In this document: piece after piece, positions 1 to 37,846 of the stretch
Layout of the letters: each line of letters starts with the position of its first letter
How positions within the stretch are numbered: position 1 is the stretch's first letter
Assembly (NCBI RefSeq): GCF_902459465.1
Contig: NC_047063.1
Location: 16,554,001-16,618,000 of the forward strand
DNA from: Asterias rubens
Lineage: Eukaryota
Length of the DNA: 64,000 nt
Direction: 5' to 3'
The notes under the pieces: model-generated
What the model saw: the letters and a program-made list of their open reading frames with translations, nothing else
Told to the model about the DNA's origin: nothing
The model's database searches: none
Program-made: the position numbers and the translations under genes

Positions 1-670
1 ACAAGGAGGAATGATTAAATGGTTCACCTACTAACCACTCACTATCCTCATAACGCAGCAACAATTTATTACCAATAATACAAGTGATAATGATCGCAAC
101 ATGTCTCCACTGCTTTTGTTGAAAATGGAAATTGACCATCGGTGGTGGTGCTGGGTCTGATGCATTAATAATTTATAATCTCAGGGCAAACTTGGTCGGT
201 TTTAATATTCAAAGTAAAATTTACTTATATCATTTTAGAAGCAAGGTTTGTCATTGTGTTTTGGTTTTGAAACTCATGATATAGTCAGAGCTACTGCTTC
301 AACAACAGCTATAATAAAACAAAATTCAAGATGACAACAGCCCCAACCAACATGAAGCTTCTGTAGGATTCCCTTACATCTGTGTCAGACTGGCGAGCCA
401 GAGCGATCTAAATAGATTAGGAGTGACTCTAGGTCGAGCTAAATAACTTTTTGTTTCAGACAGGCAAACTGAACATAAAATTTTATATTGGCTGGGCTTA
501 TAAAAAGTTAAATCTGAAACCAAAGGGCCCCAGAGTCGTTTCGAACGACTGCAACAGTCGATCTTTCGACTTAGCACGTCCAATTGCTCTTAATTGTTTC
601 AGACGTCAAACTTTTCATGTTCTTATTTCAGAATTCTTGAGCGCTCGTCTGAAACGGGTGTTACATGTAA

Positions 671-1018
671 TAAAAGGGTGTATGTACTTTTTGTAGGACA
701 AAAACACAATGTCCACAGATTTACACTAAACTTACAGTTTGAAGATAATGATAGTAGAAAGCTTCCCTGAAAATATTACGTGTTGAGGTGCTGTAGTTTT
801 TGGGAAACAAGTAAAACAATGTCATGAAAATAATTTTCGTCTCATGAGACGAAAATTATTTTAAGCATTTACAAACGTATTTTCATGACATTGTTTTACT
901 CATTTCTCAAAAACTACAGCACCTCAGTAAGTAATATTTGAAGGGAAGCTTTCCACTATCATTATCTTCAAACCCTGTAAATCTATGGACATTTTGAAAA
1001 AGTACCCAAATACTTTAA
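671..1018. mobile_element. TTAA-type hairpin MITE with perfect 36-bp central palindrome (827-862); internally deleted relative at about 39751-39957
   Basis: Long inverted arms (GTACTTTTT...GTCCACAGATTTACA / TGTAAATCTATGGAC...AAAAAGTAC); centre AAAATAATTTTCGTCTCA|TGAGACGAAAATTATTTT. Confidence 0.8.
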
Positions 1019-1029
1019 GCTGTGCTTAC

Positions 1030-4000
1030 CTGATTTACGGCCCTCTACTTGACTGCACGGGAAAATGAGCTGTGTGGACAAACCTAGCGAGCTATTCTTG
1101 GGGCCCATGATGGGATGGTCCAAAATACAGATTGTTCGCACCACCTGCCCGTTCTTTTTGGCCAGATCAGGAAAGTAGGAGGGGTCACCGATGACCATTT
1201 TGGCGCGGGCTACCTCATCCTGGGATTGTACTCCTTCCACCTTGCCATCCTCGCCAATGATAACCTTTTGAATAGGCTTGCTCAGCATGTAGGTGCCACC
1301 ATAGATTGCACTCAACCTACACACAAGGTCACATAATAATAACAATTATAATACACAGAAATTTATAAAGGGCAAAACAATAGCAGAAAGAATCCGCCTC
1401 AAGACGCTGGAAAAGAACAACAATAGACCTTATGCATTGACGTCATCCAGCCGCCATCTTTGAGGTCAAACGGTGACGAAACAATCGAAACGCACATAGA
1501 TTGGCCAATGAACAACCTCCTTTTGACCTCAAGCTGAGGAAGCCGTACTGAAATGACGTCATGTGCATAAGGTCTATAAAAGTCAACACCAGACAAGTTT
1601 ATACACAGCAAAGTATTACATATTAAAATAATCTAGATAATACAGAAAGATGACAAAAATTTAAAGTGTTAAACCACCAGTCTAAAAAGATAATACGTAC
1701 TTTACAAGTACAACAGGGGATCCAATGTTTTGGGATGAACTTCCAGTTTGGGCCAAAAGACAAGGTCAAATTGAGCCACACCCTGTGTAGCAAGTTTTTA
1801 AAGACCTTTCTGATAAGGTACATTGCATATTTGGTTTGCGGTAACACTATGTGTGTGCGCACAAACCGAACTGAAATCGAGCTGGGGCGAATTTTACAAA
1901 GAGTTAAGACTAGTCTTATCTCGAGTTAGGATGAGCTACTCATCCTAACTTAGGACTAGCCATAAGTTTTTAAAATCTCCTAGTACTATCCCTAACTTTT
2001 TGTGAAATCGACCCCGGGGGTAAAAACAAAAAACGGAGATCAAACAAAGTAGGAAGAATATCATGTCGGATATCTTACCTGGCGAATCCCTGAGGCAACT
2101 CCCCAAGCCCATACAGTGGATAGAGATAGGGACTCTTTCCATATCTTTGGACGCAGTCAAAGTACAACTTAAGTCGGTAAATGGTCTCTTCACAAGGCCG
2201 CTGCAAGTAGCTGTGCAAATAAAACAGACAAAAACACAATATCAATCCAGAAAGGTGATAAGCTCTTTAACTTTACCAAAAATATCTCTCTACTTATAGA
2301 AAATATGGAATAAACAACAAGGAAAACTGACTGAGCAATTTTTTTTATTGATTTTGGGTTGAACAAAGAAAAAATGACCTGACTGGAGTGGAGTTTGAAC
2401 CGATGACCTCTGGTTTAACTTGCCAGAACACTTCCAACTGAGCTATTAATCCCTATTTGTCCACTCTCTTTGTTCAGGGTTGCCAGTCGTCAGAGGCCAT
2501 AAATTCATTAACTGCGATCCCTGGCTACAAAGCAAGTTAACGGCTGTATGGCTTCTGACTGGCATCCCTGAACAAAGATACTGACAGTATAGGAAGACCG
2601 TCACAAAAGGAGCTACATGTACATAGTAGATAGCTCAGTTTGTAGACCACCAGCATGTTTAAACTGGAGATGAATGGTTCAAATCCAAATCTAGTTAATT
2701 TTTCATTTTTTTTAACACCTAAAATCATAAAGAAAATACTGGTATGAAATATTACATGTACTCGGGAGAACAAAAACCAAGTAATAACACTCATCTGGAC
2801 ATGTTTGCCCACCAGTCACACAGGGTTTTCATTGAAGTGTTCATAGCAGATTTGAAAACTCCTGGGAGACGAAGCATGTACATGCACACTACGGCTAACT
2901 CTGGTGATTTTACAAGTACAAAGCAGTAAAAACTGCCCTTTTCTTTGAAAACTTGGTCCATCGGGAACTGCAAGAATCTACAGTTTGCGTAAACATGGTA
3001 AAAGATCACAACATACTCAACGTTGAAGTTAACTTACTCATCATCCAAATGCAGAGCAATGGCATGGCCAATGACGTCTGTTACATCTGTCATTCCGAAG
3101 ATTTTGAACAAAGCTTCTGTGGTCATATCTTTTGAAAAGTCCTTCTTTTTGACTGGTTCTTCTGGGTTGTATTCTATGACAAACTTTACGAAATTGCTAA
3201 AAGATTTCTTACTCCACATGCTGACAAGATCTGCAAGAGGGTTAATAACAGAAAAATGAAGAGCTTACAATTCTCACCATCACTTAAAATAATAAGCGCA
3301 ATAAAGTTGGCCGACATATTTCAAGAGCAACTGGCCAGATTTTGAATGTTAATTTTTGACTTGTGCATAACAGGCATTTTTTTTTTATAGATGTGTTCCA
3401 TGTTGCAACTGGATATTAGTTCTAGGTGGAGCGATAATGACAGCCAAGAAGTTACATATGAATGTAGTACCGGTATTGAATCACAAACCATGGACAGTTT
3501 GCCAAAGCTGCCCTCCATTGGAGAAACTGTGAATAGTTGAAGACATTAAAGCAAAGTATCAGTTGTTGACGAACTATATGTTGCGTGAGGACACAAGCAA
3601 ACTGGCACAGTGCCTCTACCATAACAACTCTAGAATGCTACCAAGGGTTAGGGTTGACATTAGTTGCACCACATGTAGTCTCCCAGGCTGTGTCAAAAGG
3701 CCTTTATCACGGTGTGGCCATCTTGATTTTACTCAATTCCAACTCACAAAATAACAGTCTGGTGCCATGCACAATGAATGTTACCATTCATTACTGTTAG
3801 TGTAAACAGGGAACATGACCAAGATGGTGACAGCGTGATAACGGTCTATAGGAGAGAAGGGACATCTATGTATACTATGTAGTTTATATGCACTGTATGA
3901 TAATGGTGCAGGGTCGATGTCTGTCAAATAACCTAAACTTTAAACAGCGGCTACAGGATAATCTCAACATTTTAACTACTACCCTTTTTTGGCCAAACAG

Positions 4001-7000
4001 ACATCTTAGATACCGGTTTATAACCATTTTACCCTTAAAATTTGCATTTGGTAACAAATAATTCAAGTCAAAAATGCACCTCTCCGCACGTCTTTTTCAG
4101 CCAAGAGTCAAAAACGGCTCATCTATTATAATGACCTCTTGACGTCAGTGGTGACTTACCCCTAATTGGGTTTTAACACAGTTCTTCAGCTTTGCCAAAC
4201 TGAGGGCACTATTTTTCACATCAAATAGCCGCCAGTGACATCTCGATACCTTTGTCGCGTGGGTTTGTTTGACCTCACGTTTTTTAAAATTTTTGCTTGG
4301 AGTGTTATGGGGGAAAAACCATTTTTACCATGTTTTAACGTGAGGTACGAGACTCGTTTTATGTTTTTTCTGTTTTCCTTGGACTGCATCTATTACAAAA
4401 ATGTAACAACTATATATTTCTGAGCATTCTGTAGCCGCTGTTTAAAGAAAAACAAATTCCTGGGAAAGGTTTAAAACCAAAATTGAAAATTACAAACTTT
4501 GCCAAATATAATGTCGCTTTCAGAAATCCTTACCAGTTCTCAAGGCTTCGCTTTCACATGCAGGGATCTTGTGGATTTTCTTTTTGTAGTAGACATAGCT
4601 GCCTTCTACACTCTTGAACTCAAGGTATCTGGTCACCCCAGACAAAATAAGTATTTTCACCAACTCACCTACCAAAAGAAGAAAATATATATTATACTCA
4701 AATTAAAAAGTTTACAAATGTGACCAACAAAACAAGGACAGAAAGACGTTTTTAAGATTTTGGATTTTCCAAATTATCCAGGTTTACATCTTTAGAATGA
4801 TACATGTATTGTTTGACATAGTATAGGGCCTATCGTGTTTGCTTTCTAAATTAAAGTTTAACAAAATACAATTTAGCAGTTTAAACGATTTTTAGTTTAT
4901 TGACGTGTTAATCTGCAATTCTTTTTTGGACAGACTTACATGCCTTACGGTTCAGTTTTTCAACGCCCAAAACAACTTTGGAGTTGAATTTGATTTTGCA
5001 AACAGCCCTTAAGGCCGGTTTATAGTCGGTCGTGCGACGGAAATCTTGCGCGCAATCCTAAGACGGAGGCCTATAAACCGTGTCTTTTTATGATCGCGCG
5101 TCTAGATTTCCGACGCCCGACCATCACTCGGCCTTAAGGCTGACATTTCTATCCATAATGACTTTCCATTGTGTAGCATGAACAGGCAGGCACCTACAGT
5201 GATACACTTCCACCTACATTTACATAAAGGGCTTAATCAAGTTGTTCCTTAGTCCATGCTTTAAAAAGATGCGGGGGGACAGATCCTAAACAAGTGTACT
5301 CTTTGTACGCCTGTGAAGATCTTCATAACTCTTTCAATGGAATCATATTAATTTGCTGCCAGTGACCACAAGTATAATTTTGACCAGACCATTAATTCAA
5401 TGATAAAAGACTGAACAATTAATGCAACTGGAAATCGAATACTTAAAGACAATGGACACTATTGGTTATTGTCAAAGACCAGTCTTCTCACTTGGTTTAT
5501 CTCAACATATGCACAAAATAACAAACCTGTGAAAATTTGAGGTCAATTGGGCGTTGAAGTTAAGACATAATAATGAAAGAAAAAACACCCTTGTCACACG
5601 AAGTTGTGTGCTTTCAAATGCTAGATTTCGAGACGTCAATTTCTAAACTTGAGGTCTCAAAATCAAATTCGTGGAAAATTCCTTTTTTCTTGCAAACTCT
5701 GTCTCTTTAGAGGGTGCCGTTTCTCACAATATTTTATACTATCAACCTCTCTCCATTACTCGTCACCAAGTAAGGTTTTATGCTAATAATTATTTTCAGT
5801 AATTACCAATTAGTGTCCACTGCCTTTAAACATACATGTGTGTATAGTTTTACGTACCATTGGCCATGATAAGCTTGGGAATAAGGTCCACATTCCAGTC
5901 TTGTGCCTTTCCGCACATCCCGTCGACATACTCCTCGCTCTTTCCAAATCTTTTAAAAAGCTGAAAGCAAAACAAAATAATATGATCAGTTGAGAACTCG
6001 TAACACACTCAACCATCTTTAATCCAACCTCGAGTTTACTTTTTAGCTATGCCAATATCTAAGTTGTAATTAAGTTAGTGTCTACAAACAGCTCCCCATT
6101 ACTCATTACCAAATAAGGTTTTATGCTAAAAATTATTTTGAGTAATTACCAATAGTGTCCACTGCCTTTAATCATTATAAAATAATGTAAATTATATCAC
6201 TTTTCTTTGTGTGTGGTAAAAATAAAAGAAAAGAATGAATATAAAAACCCAATATTGTAAAACAATAACAGGTTACAAATCCCTTTTATTTATTTTTTTA
6301 TTTTATTTTTTTTAAATACAGTGCCATTTAAGGGACATCATAGAAAAACAAAATCAATGAACATTTTCTTTTGATATTACTGATTACATTTTTGAATGTT
6401 TTGCCAGTATTAAATGTCTTTCAGAAAATTTACAAAAAAGATGTAAAATATGACTGTTGTTTACTCATACATTTACAAACCGCAAGGGAAACTGACCGCG
6501 TGAAGTTTGAATGATTTTGGGTTGAACAAAGACAAAGTTACTAAAGCAGGATTTGAACCCAAGACCTCAGGATTGAGAGCTCTACCAACTGAGCTATCTT
6601 GTTTATTAATATGAGAGATAGGGCAAATACTGTACTGCAACATACGTCTGAGAGCGGTGTAATGGAAGCACTTGCTCCACCATAGTGATCATTCCTGTCC
6701 ATGTGAAGCACCTTTTTTCCATTCACAGACAGAAGTCCACTCAGCACACATTCCTACCAAGACAAGGAAAAACAAAAATTACAACTTCAATAACAAACAC
6801 ATCTTTACCTTGTAAATTATGATGCGCACTCGACTTGGCTTTGTAATAAGCATGTGCCAATTACACAATTTATGACCGATCATCCATTTTTGTGTACATT
6901 ATAACAGTCATGTAAAATAGAAGGATTACTTTACAGTATAATTTAAGACCATTGTGTCAAGCTGTCACTGTTCAAATGTGACATGTTCTTGGGCGCCGCC

Positions 7001-8034
7001 ATCTTTTAATGATTCTCTTCTTGTTGGACGTGAGAAGTCAGGGCGCCAGGCAAATATTGCAAGTCATGAATATCCAAGAGGTAATGTCACGTGACGCGGT
7101 ATGGCTACGCTGATTTATCAATTTGTGTGGTGTACAAAGTAAATATGAATATGTATGAGGTGACATTGCGCGGTTGTAGTTTCCAGATACAGCGCATTGC
7201 TACATCACCTTATACATATTGATATTTTACTGTACACACGCACATAAGCCTAGCGATCATGACGTCACCTTATGGATATTTATGACATGCAAGATTTGCC
7301 GGGCACCCACGATCAACAGGGGGAGAATCATTAAAAGATGGCGGCGTCCAAGAACATGTCACATTTGTACACGTTTTTTTGGACCAATTTTCAAATCAAT
7401 CACATCTGGACAAAGTCATCATTTAGTAACCCCTGTTATGTGTTATAGTAATTCCACAGATGTAAGGAATAAAATGAGGTATGTTGGAGTAGTATAGGAC
7501 TTTTTTAAATGGGAAAAATTTGCAATCAAACTACCTCGCATTTTGCGTCTTTGAAAACTTAGCGTTTAAGACACGTATCGAAGGTGGGCTGTAATGGTGA
7601 CAGTGATGAGACCGATGTTAAAAGCGGAGCCATTATCAGCTCAACGAGGTGGGCTACATGTATAAGTAATTGCAAAATACTGTTTGTATCGTAATTAGTA
7701 CGGATCGCTGCAATTTGTCTGACGTCTGATGTTTGGGGGTGGGGCTAGTGTGTAGTGAGGCTTCTAGTATGTGCAATGTGCATGGTAGTAGTACTGGTGG
7801 TAAAGTACAAAACGTGGTGTCAATTCTCCTCTTCGTCACCGAAACAACACCGCTTCATATTTTCAGTCAGTGTCAGTACAGTATGGACATGATGATCATG
7901 ATGGAGTTTTAATTGCTACGTTTTTATTTTGTATAGCTGAGGTTTTATATTTACGCAAAACAAAATTCACCAAAACACACTGGATTTACCTTAAGTCCAG
8001 TTCCCAACACGATAACATCATAGTCTTCATTCAT
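1030..8034 (-). CDS. GDI: Rab GDP dissociation inhibitor (divergent), 7 coding exons; 3' end not resolved in window
   Basis: GT-AG exons with continuous phase: 8034-7990 ([15 protein letters not shown]), 6753-6646 ([26 protein letters not shown]), 5960-5858 ([16 protein letters not shown]), 4668-4534 ([16 protein letters not shown]), 3230-3038 ([12 protein letters not shown]), 2210-2079 ([23 protein letters not shown]), 1316-1030 ([11 protein letters not shown]...GDPSYFPD). These are hallmark GDI motifs, and exon sizes 45/108/135/132 match the vertebrate GDI1 sizes as I recall them. Confidence 0.93.
1423..1577. mobile_element. Short MITE, TIR ATAGACCTTATGCA
   Basis: Inverted terminal ATAGACCTTATGCA / TGCATAAGGTCTAT. 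Confidence 0.7.
2340..2520 (-). mobile_element. tRNA-derived SINE (related fragment at about 6515-6600)
   Basis: TAGCTCAGTTGG...GGTTCAAACTCC on the minus strand with shared tail TTTGTTCAACCCAAAATC. Confidence 0.6.
5443..5829 (+). mobile_element. Kolobok/T2-type TTAA MITE copy in GDI intron 3
   Basis: TTAAAGACAATGGACACTATTGG...CCAATTAGTGTCCACTGCCTTTAA. Confidence 0.85.
6973..7367. mobile_element. Hairpin MITE in GDI intron 1
   Basis: About 50-bp near-perfect inverted ends CAAATGTGACATGTTCTTGG.CGCCGCCATCTTTTAATGATTCTC. Confidence 0.75.
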
Positions 8035-8122
8035 TGTGACTCCTGAGGTCTGTAAATCCTTTTTTAATCGAAGATTTTTACACAATGTGTGCGTCAAATT
8101 CAGTTGATCTACAGGCGCTGCC

Positions 8123-8154
8123 CACTTCCTGATGATGGAGAATCCAAGATGGCG
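8123..8154. promoter_or_regulatory. Candidate core-promoter motifs upstream of GDI (ETS-like CACTTCCT 8123-8130; YY1-like AAGATGGCG 8146-8154)
   Basis: Consensus-like motifs about 90-120 bp upstream of the GDI ATG in a locally GC/CpG-richer patch; function is inferred only. Confidence 0.35.
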
Positions 8155-10104
8155 TCCAAAAATCACACTCGGCATAAAATATTTGGCAACAAAAATAGTT
8201 CCCGTTTGCGCTTTAGTTTTATATATGAAATCAATCCGGGGACAAAGATAAAGTATTATGTGTACGTTTTTGAAAATAATGGGTAAAGATGAAAAACTGT
8301 ATTTCAGCTTGCATGAAGAATGTACTAAAATACACGCGGAGTGATATATTGAACGATTTAAGCAAAGTACAAAAAATAATATTTATTCGTGCTCCTACGT
8401 AAACGTACACGAGGAATGCATTTTAATAACACGCGGAGTGATATTATTGAGCAAACTACCTCATGCAGGTGGCCATCAGAAATACGGAGTCCTTGATGAG
8501 CTATGGATATCTGGGACGTCTGTGATGGGGTGGGGTTGTGCAAAACTTAGCTTTATAACCATTGCTCATTCAATCAGTTAAACAAGTTGTTATTGAATGG
8601 TATAATTATAAAAAATATCTTAATACAGACATCCTTTAGATGATGAGCGGACACATCTTACGGAAACAATTGTGTCATTTGAGTAGTGCGCCCTCCGCCG
8701 GCTGAAGAGGTCACTGTATAGGTCACGTGATCACATGTAAACATTGGTAGCGCAATCTCCCGATGACGACATCCTAAACGCAAATAAGTCGCCGAGTTAT
8801 TAGGTCAGGATGTCGACATCCTAAAAGTAGTATGTCGTCTTCCTTCGATAATTTATCTCGGGATGTCTACATCCTAAAAGTAGGATATCGTCTTGTTGTC
8901 TTATCTCGGGAAGTCGACATCCTAAAAGTGTAACCAATTAAGACTGTTTAGCTTTTAATCTTTGAAATTTTACATTTCAGGGAAGTAGATTGTGTTAACT
9001 CAATTACAGATCTGTACAAATTTGGTTAACAAAAGTGTTTAATTAACGAGTAATTAACATTCAATTAAACAAGATCATTGTATTTTCATGGAAGCTGTTC
9101 AAACGTAGTCTGTGTACAGCACGTCGTTCGTAAATCATGTTGGTGTTTTTGAAAGCAGGAGAGGCGGAGTTGTTGGAGCTTCCTGTTGATGCTGACATCA
9201 TGAGAACATCAGCATAAGTCATTGTAATTGCTCTACCTATTGAACCACTTTAATGTATTGTGGAGTCCAACATGCAGTCTAGAGTCCAAATCTGATTGTA
9301 TAAAAAATTCAGGCATCATCTTCAATTTAATTTTGTGCAACACGCAAACTTATTAATTTTTCCGATTTTATTTTAAAGGGTAACAGAAATGGCTGTTCGC
9401 AAACTGCTTCCAACAAAAACTATTCATTTGGGGGAGGAGTAAACCAAATTTACCAATGTCCAACTTCATTGAAGGTTTCTGCGTGCCGATCCTCAGATCT
9501 CAAATTTGACATTGGATCACCTGGTCACGAGCTTTGGTAACAAGTATATGCCTGACGAGGCGGATGTTGTGTTCAGGTAATGTGTACAAAACGCAAATAA
9601 ATTTATAAAAACATTCTGATAACACTAACAAGTCTGTTTTACCAGATCCTAAAAATAGTTAAAAAAACGACTTCCCTTGAAATATGATTCCATGAAATGC
9701 TTTACTTTTTGAGAATACATTAAAACAATATAAATTCTCGATATCGAGAATGACGGATTTATTTTAAACACATGTGGCGAAACGTGCGAAAACAAGGGTG
9801 GGTTTTCCGTTATTTTCTCCCGACTCCGATGACCGGTTGAGCCTAAATTTTCACAGGTTTGTTATTTCATATAATGTTATAAGTTGTGATACACGAAGTG
9901 TTGGCCTCTGGACAGTACTGTACTGAAAGTGTCCGATGGCTTTAATATGATATATATTGTCTTAATGCCAGTCATGATTTCCATGACTAATCATGACTTT
10001 CTCTAACTTTTCTCAATGTCCCTTTAATTTAACCCATCCGTATCTTAACAAAACATTTCCAATGTTTTTTATTAACGATTTAAGAGAAAGTCCACATGAG
10101 TTTG

Positions 10105-10109
<5 letters not shown>

Positions 10110-10144
<35 letters not shown>

Positions 10145-10181
10145 TTTTTTTTTTCGGGGTGGGGGGGGGGGGGGGGGGGGG
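10110..10181. repeat. (TTA)n microsatellite followed by poly-T and poly-G runs
   Basis: Directly visible low-complexity tract. Confidence 0.9.
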
Positions 10182-12177
10182 CAGGGGGCTACTCAAAAAC
10201 CAACGTGTGTTTTAACCACTCTTCCTTTCTCCATGGTTTGACAAAGTTGACGGTACCCGTGCACCTATCATTCAGCAAGCTATAGTTTGCTGATACATAC
10301 GTCACAGTTCACGGTTTTTTCCAGTCACGCAAGGGTAGGCCCTTACAGCAGATCTGCTGAGGCCATTGGCCGGAGAGTACTTTCTATAGATAAAAGACAA
10401 CAAAATATTATGGTCTCGAACTCTGAACTGTGAACAATCAACGTTCCTTTGGTTTTCCGGTTAAAGTCCGGTAATCCTTTTAATTGTGACTTTGACCTCA
10501 TAATAAATTGTGGTGGACGAACACGTGAGGTTCAGGCCCAAGAAGTGTCGAGGCGCTTTATAAACACACACCAGTTGGACGGAGAGTGGGTGAATTTTGG
10601 TAAGTTTACGTATTAATCTTGAACTTGCAGCATTTTAAAGGCATGTTTATGCTACACTGCCACAATAATTATGTGTATATTTTGAATAGTCCACTACAGG
10701 TTGATTCATTATCAATTTGTCTGTAAAAAAAAAAAATGAATTCGACCTACTCCATTGGTTTCAACAAAAACACCACATGAACACACACACAGCTCTGTGT
10801 TGATGTCACTAATCTTGTGGAAATTCCTGTGTTCGATCTTCTGTACACTATACAAATCAAAAACATTTTCTGGAACATGTGTGGATGTGTCGTCCCCATG
10901 TGGTTCGAGCGTTAAAAACAACCGAAACACCAAACCATCTGAACTTTGTTCTGTTTCCTTTCCATTTGTTTAATTGGAATATTTATCATGTTTAATAATA
11001 AAAGTAGATACACAATTGCTATTACAAAGTAGTTTAAACAGCGAGAGTGGAGTTAACCTGACGTCATCCAGGCCCTCTGTTTGTTTGAAAGTTATTGTTC
11101 GAAAAAGGCAGGAAGCCGGATAAAATCGGAGTCGGTTCAATAGGATATTCTTTCAACCATGGATTCCAGAGGTCGATTCAGAGCTATGATGCGTATTGAA
11201 CTTAAGGCAGTGTGCACTGTTGGTAATCACTCAAAATAATTATTACGATATAACCTTACTTGGTAACAAGTTTGATGGGGAGCTGTTGATAGTATAAAAC
11301 ATTATGAGAAACGAATTTGATTTTGAGACCTCACATTTAGAATTTGAGGTCTCGAAATCTACGTTACTTTAGAGGGAGCCGTTTCTCACAATGTTTTATA
11401 CTATCAGCCTCCCCCATTACTAATGCTAACAATTATTTTGAGTAACTACCAATAGTGTCCAGATAAGTTTTTAAATGGAGTTTTATTTTCCTTTTTGTGC
11501 GCTTCGACACGTAGTTTTCTAATGAGTCCTCTGAGCGACATGACTAGGCCAACTGCTAAGTAAGCAAAACAAAAATGGTCAAAACGGAGACCGGGTCAGT
11601 AATTCTATCTAACAAGCATTTTGATCGAATTTAATGTATTGATATTGCATCTACGAATTGTCCTCCCCTTTATAATGCTCCATGCATTTTTATTTTTATT
11701 TTATTTTATATATTTACAAATTAGGCACCATAGTTGATTAATGGGCCTTTGTGGAATAAACCGTAAACTTGTTAAAAAGCTGTTTCCCCCATTTTACACT
11801 GAAAGCATATAATCGGACGGAAATCAATTACGTGCTGGTATAAGCTCATTTATAGCCCATTATAGTGGTAGTAAAACTTATTGTATTTTTTTAATGATGT
11901 GAACTCTTTAGGAATATTATTCCAAATGGTATTCGTCAGACCGTACAAAATACTGCAAGAAAAACATTCTGCTTGCCATACTTTCCTGCCAAGTTCTGTA
12001 ATGTTTTAGTAAATCTTGACGATCCCATCCCATGATATTATCTGGCAACATCCAAAAGTCTCACGCTTGGTACCATACCGTGGAAACTGACTCATTGACT
12101 GGACAAACAATGTGAGAGAAATTGAAAAAAGGCAATCCTTCTATTTTTGTTAATATGTTGTACAGATCCAACGTGAG

Positions 12178-37846
<25,669 letters not shown>

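Noticed and set aside
378-513. Minus-strand segment with good acceptor/donor and phases (1 to 2) matching the next expected GDI exon
   Set aside because: Its translation (DLTFYKPSQYKILCSVCLSETK...) shows no recognisable similarity to the GDI DIYV...HNVA...KYIA segment, so it cannot be supported without transcripts.
535-585. Additional hammerhead-like hairpin on the minus strand (GATCGACTG/CAGTCGTTC-GAAACGAC)
   Set aside because: The core is truncated and U16.1 is absent; at most a dead relic.
2791-2977. Open frame after a TAG acceptor 60 bp into GDI intron 5 ([10 protein letters not shown]...)
   Set aside because: It has no GDI similarity and ends in a stop; the true next exon (2210-2079) is evident.
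8765-8930. CRISPR-like repeat/spacer appearance
   Set aside because: Eukaryotic locus, only 4 degenerate short units, partly repeated spacers and no cas genes.
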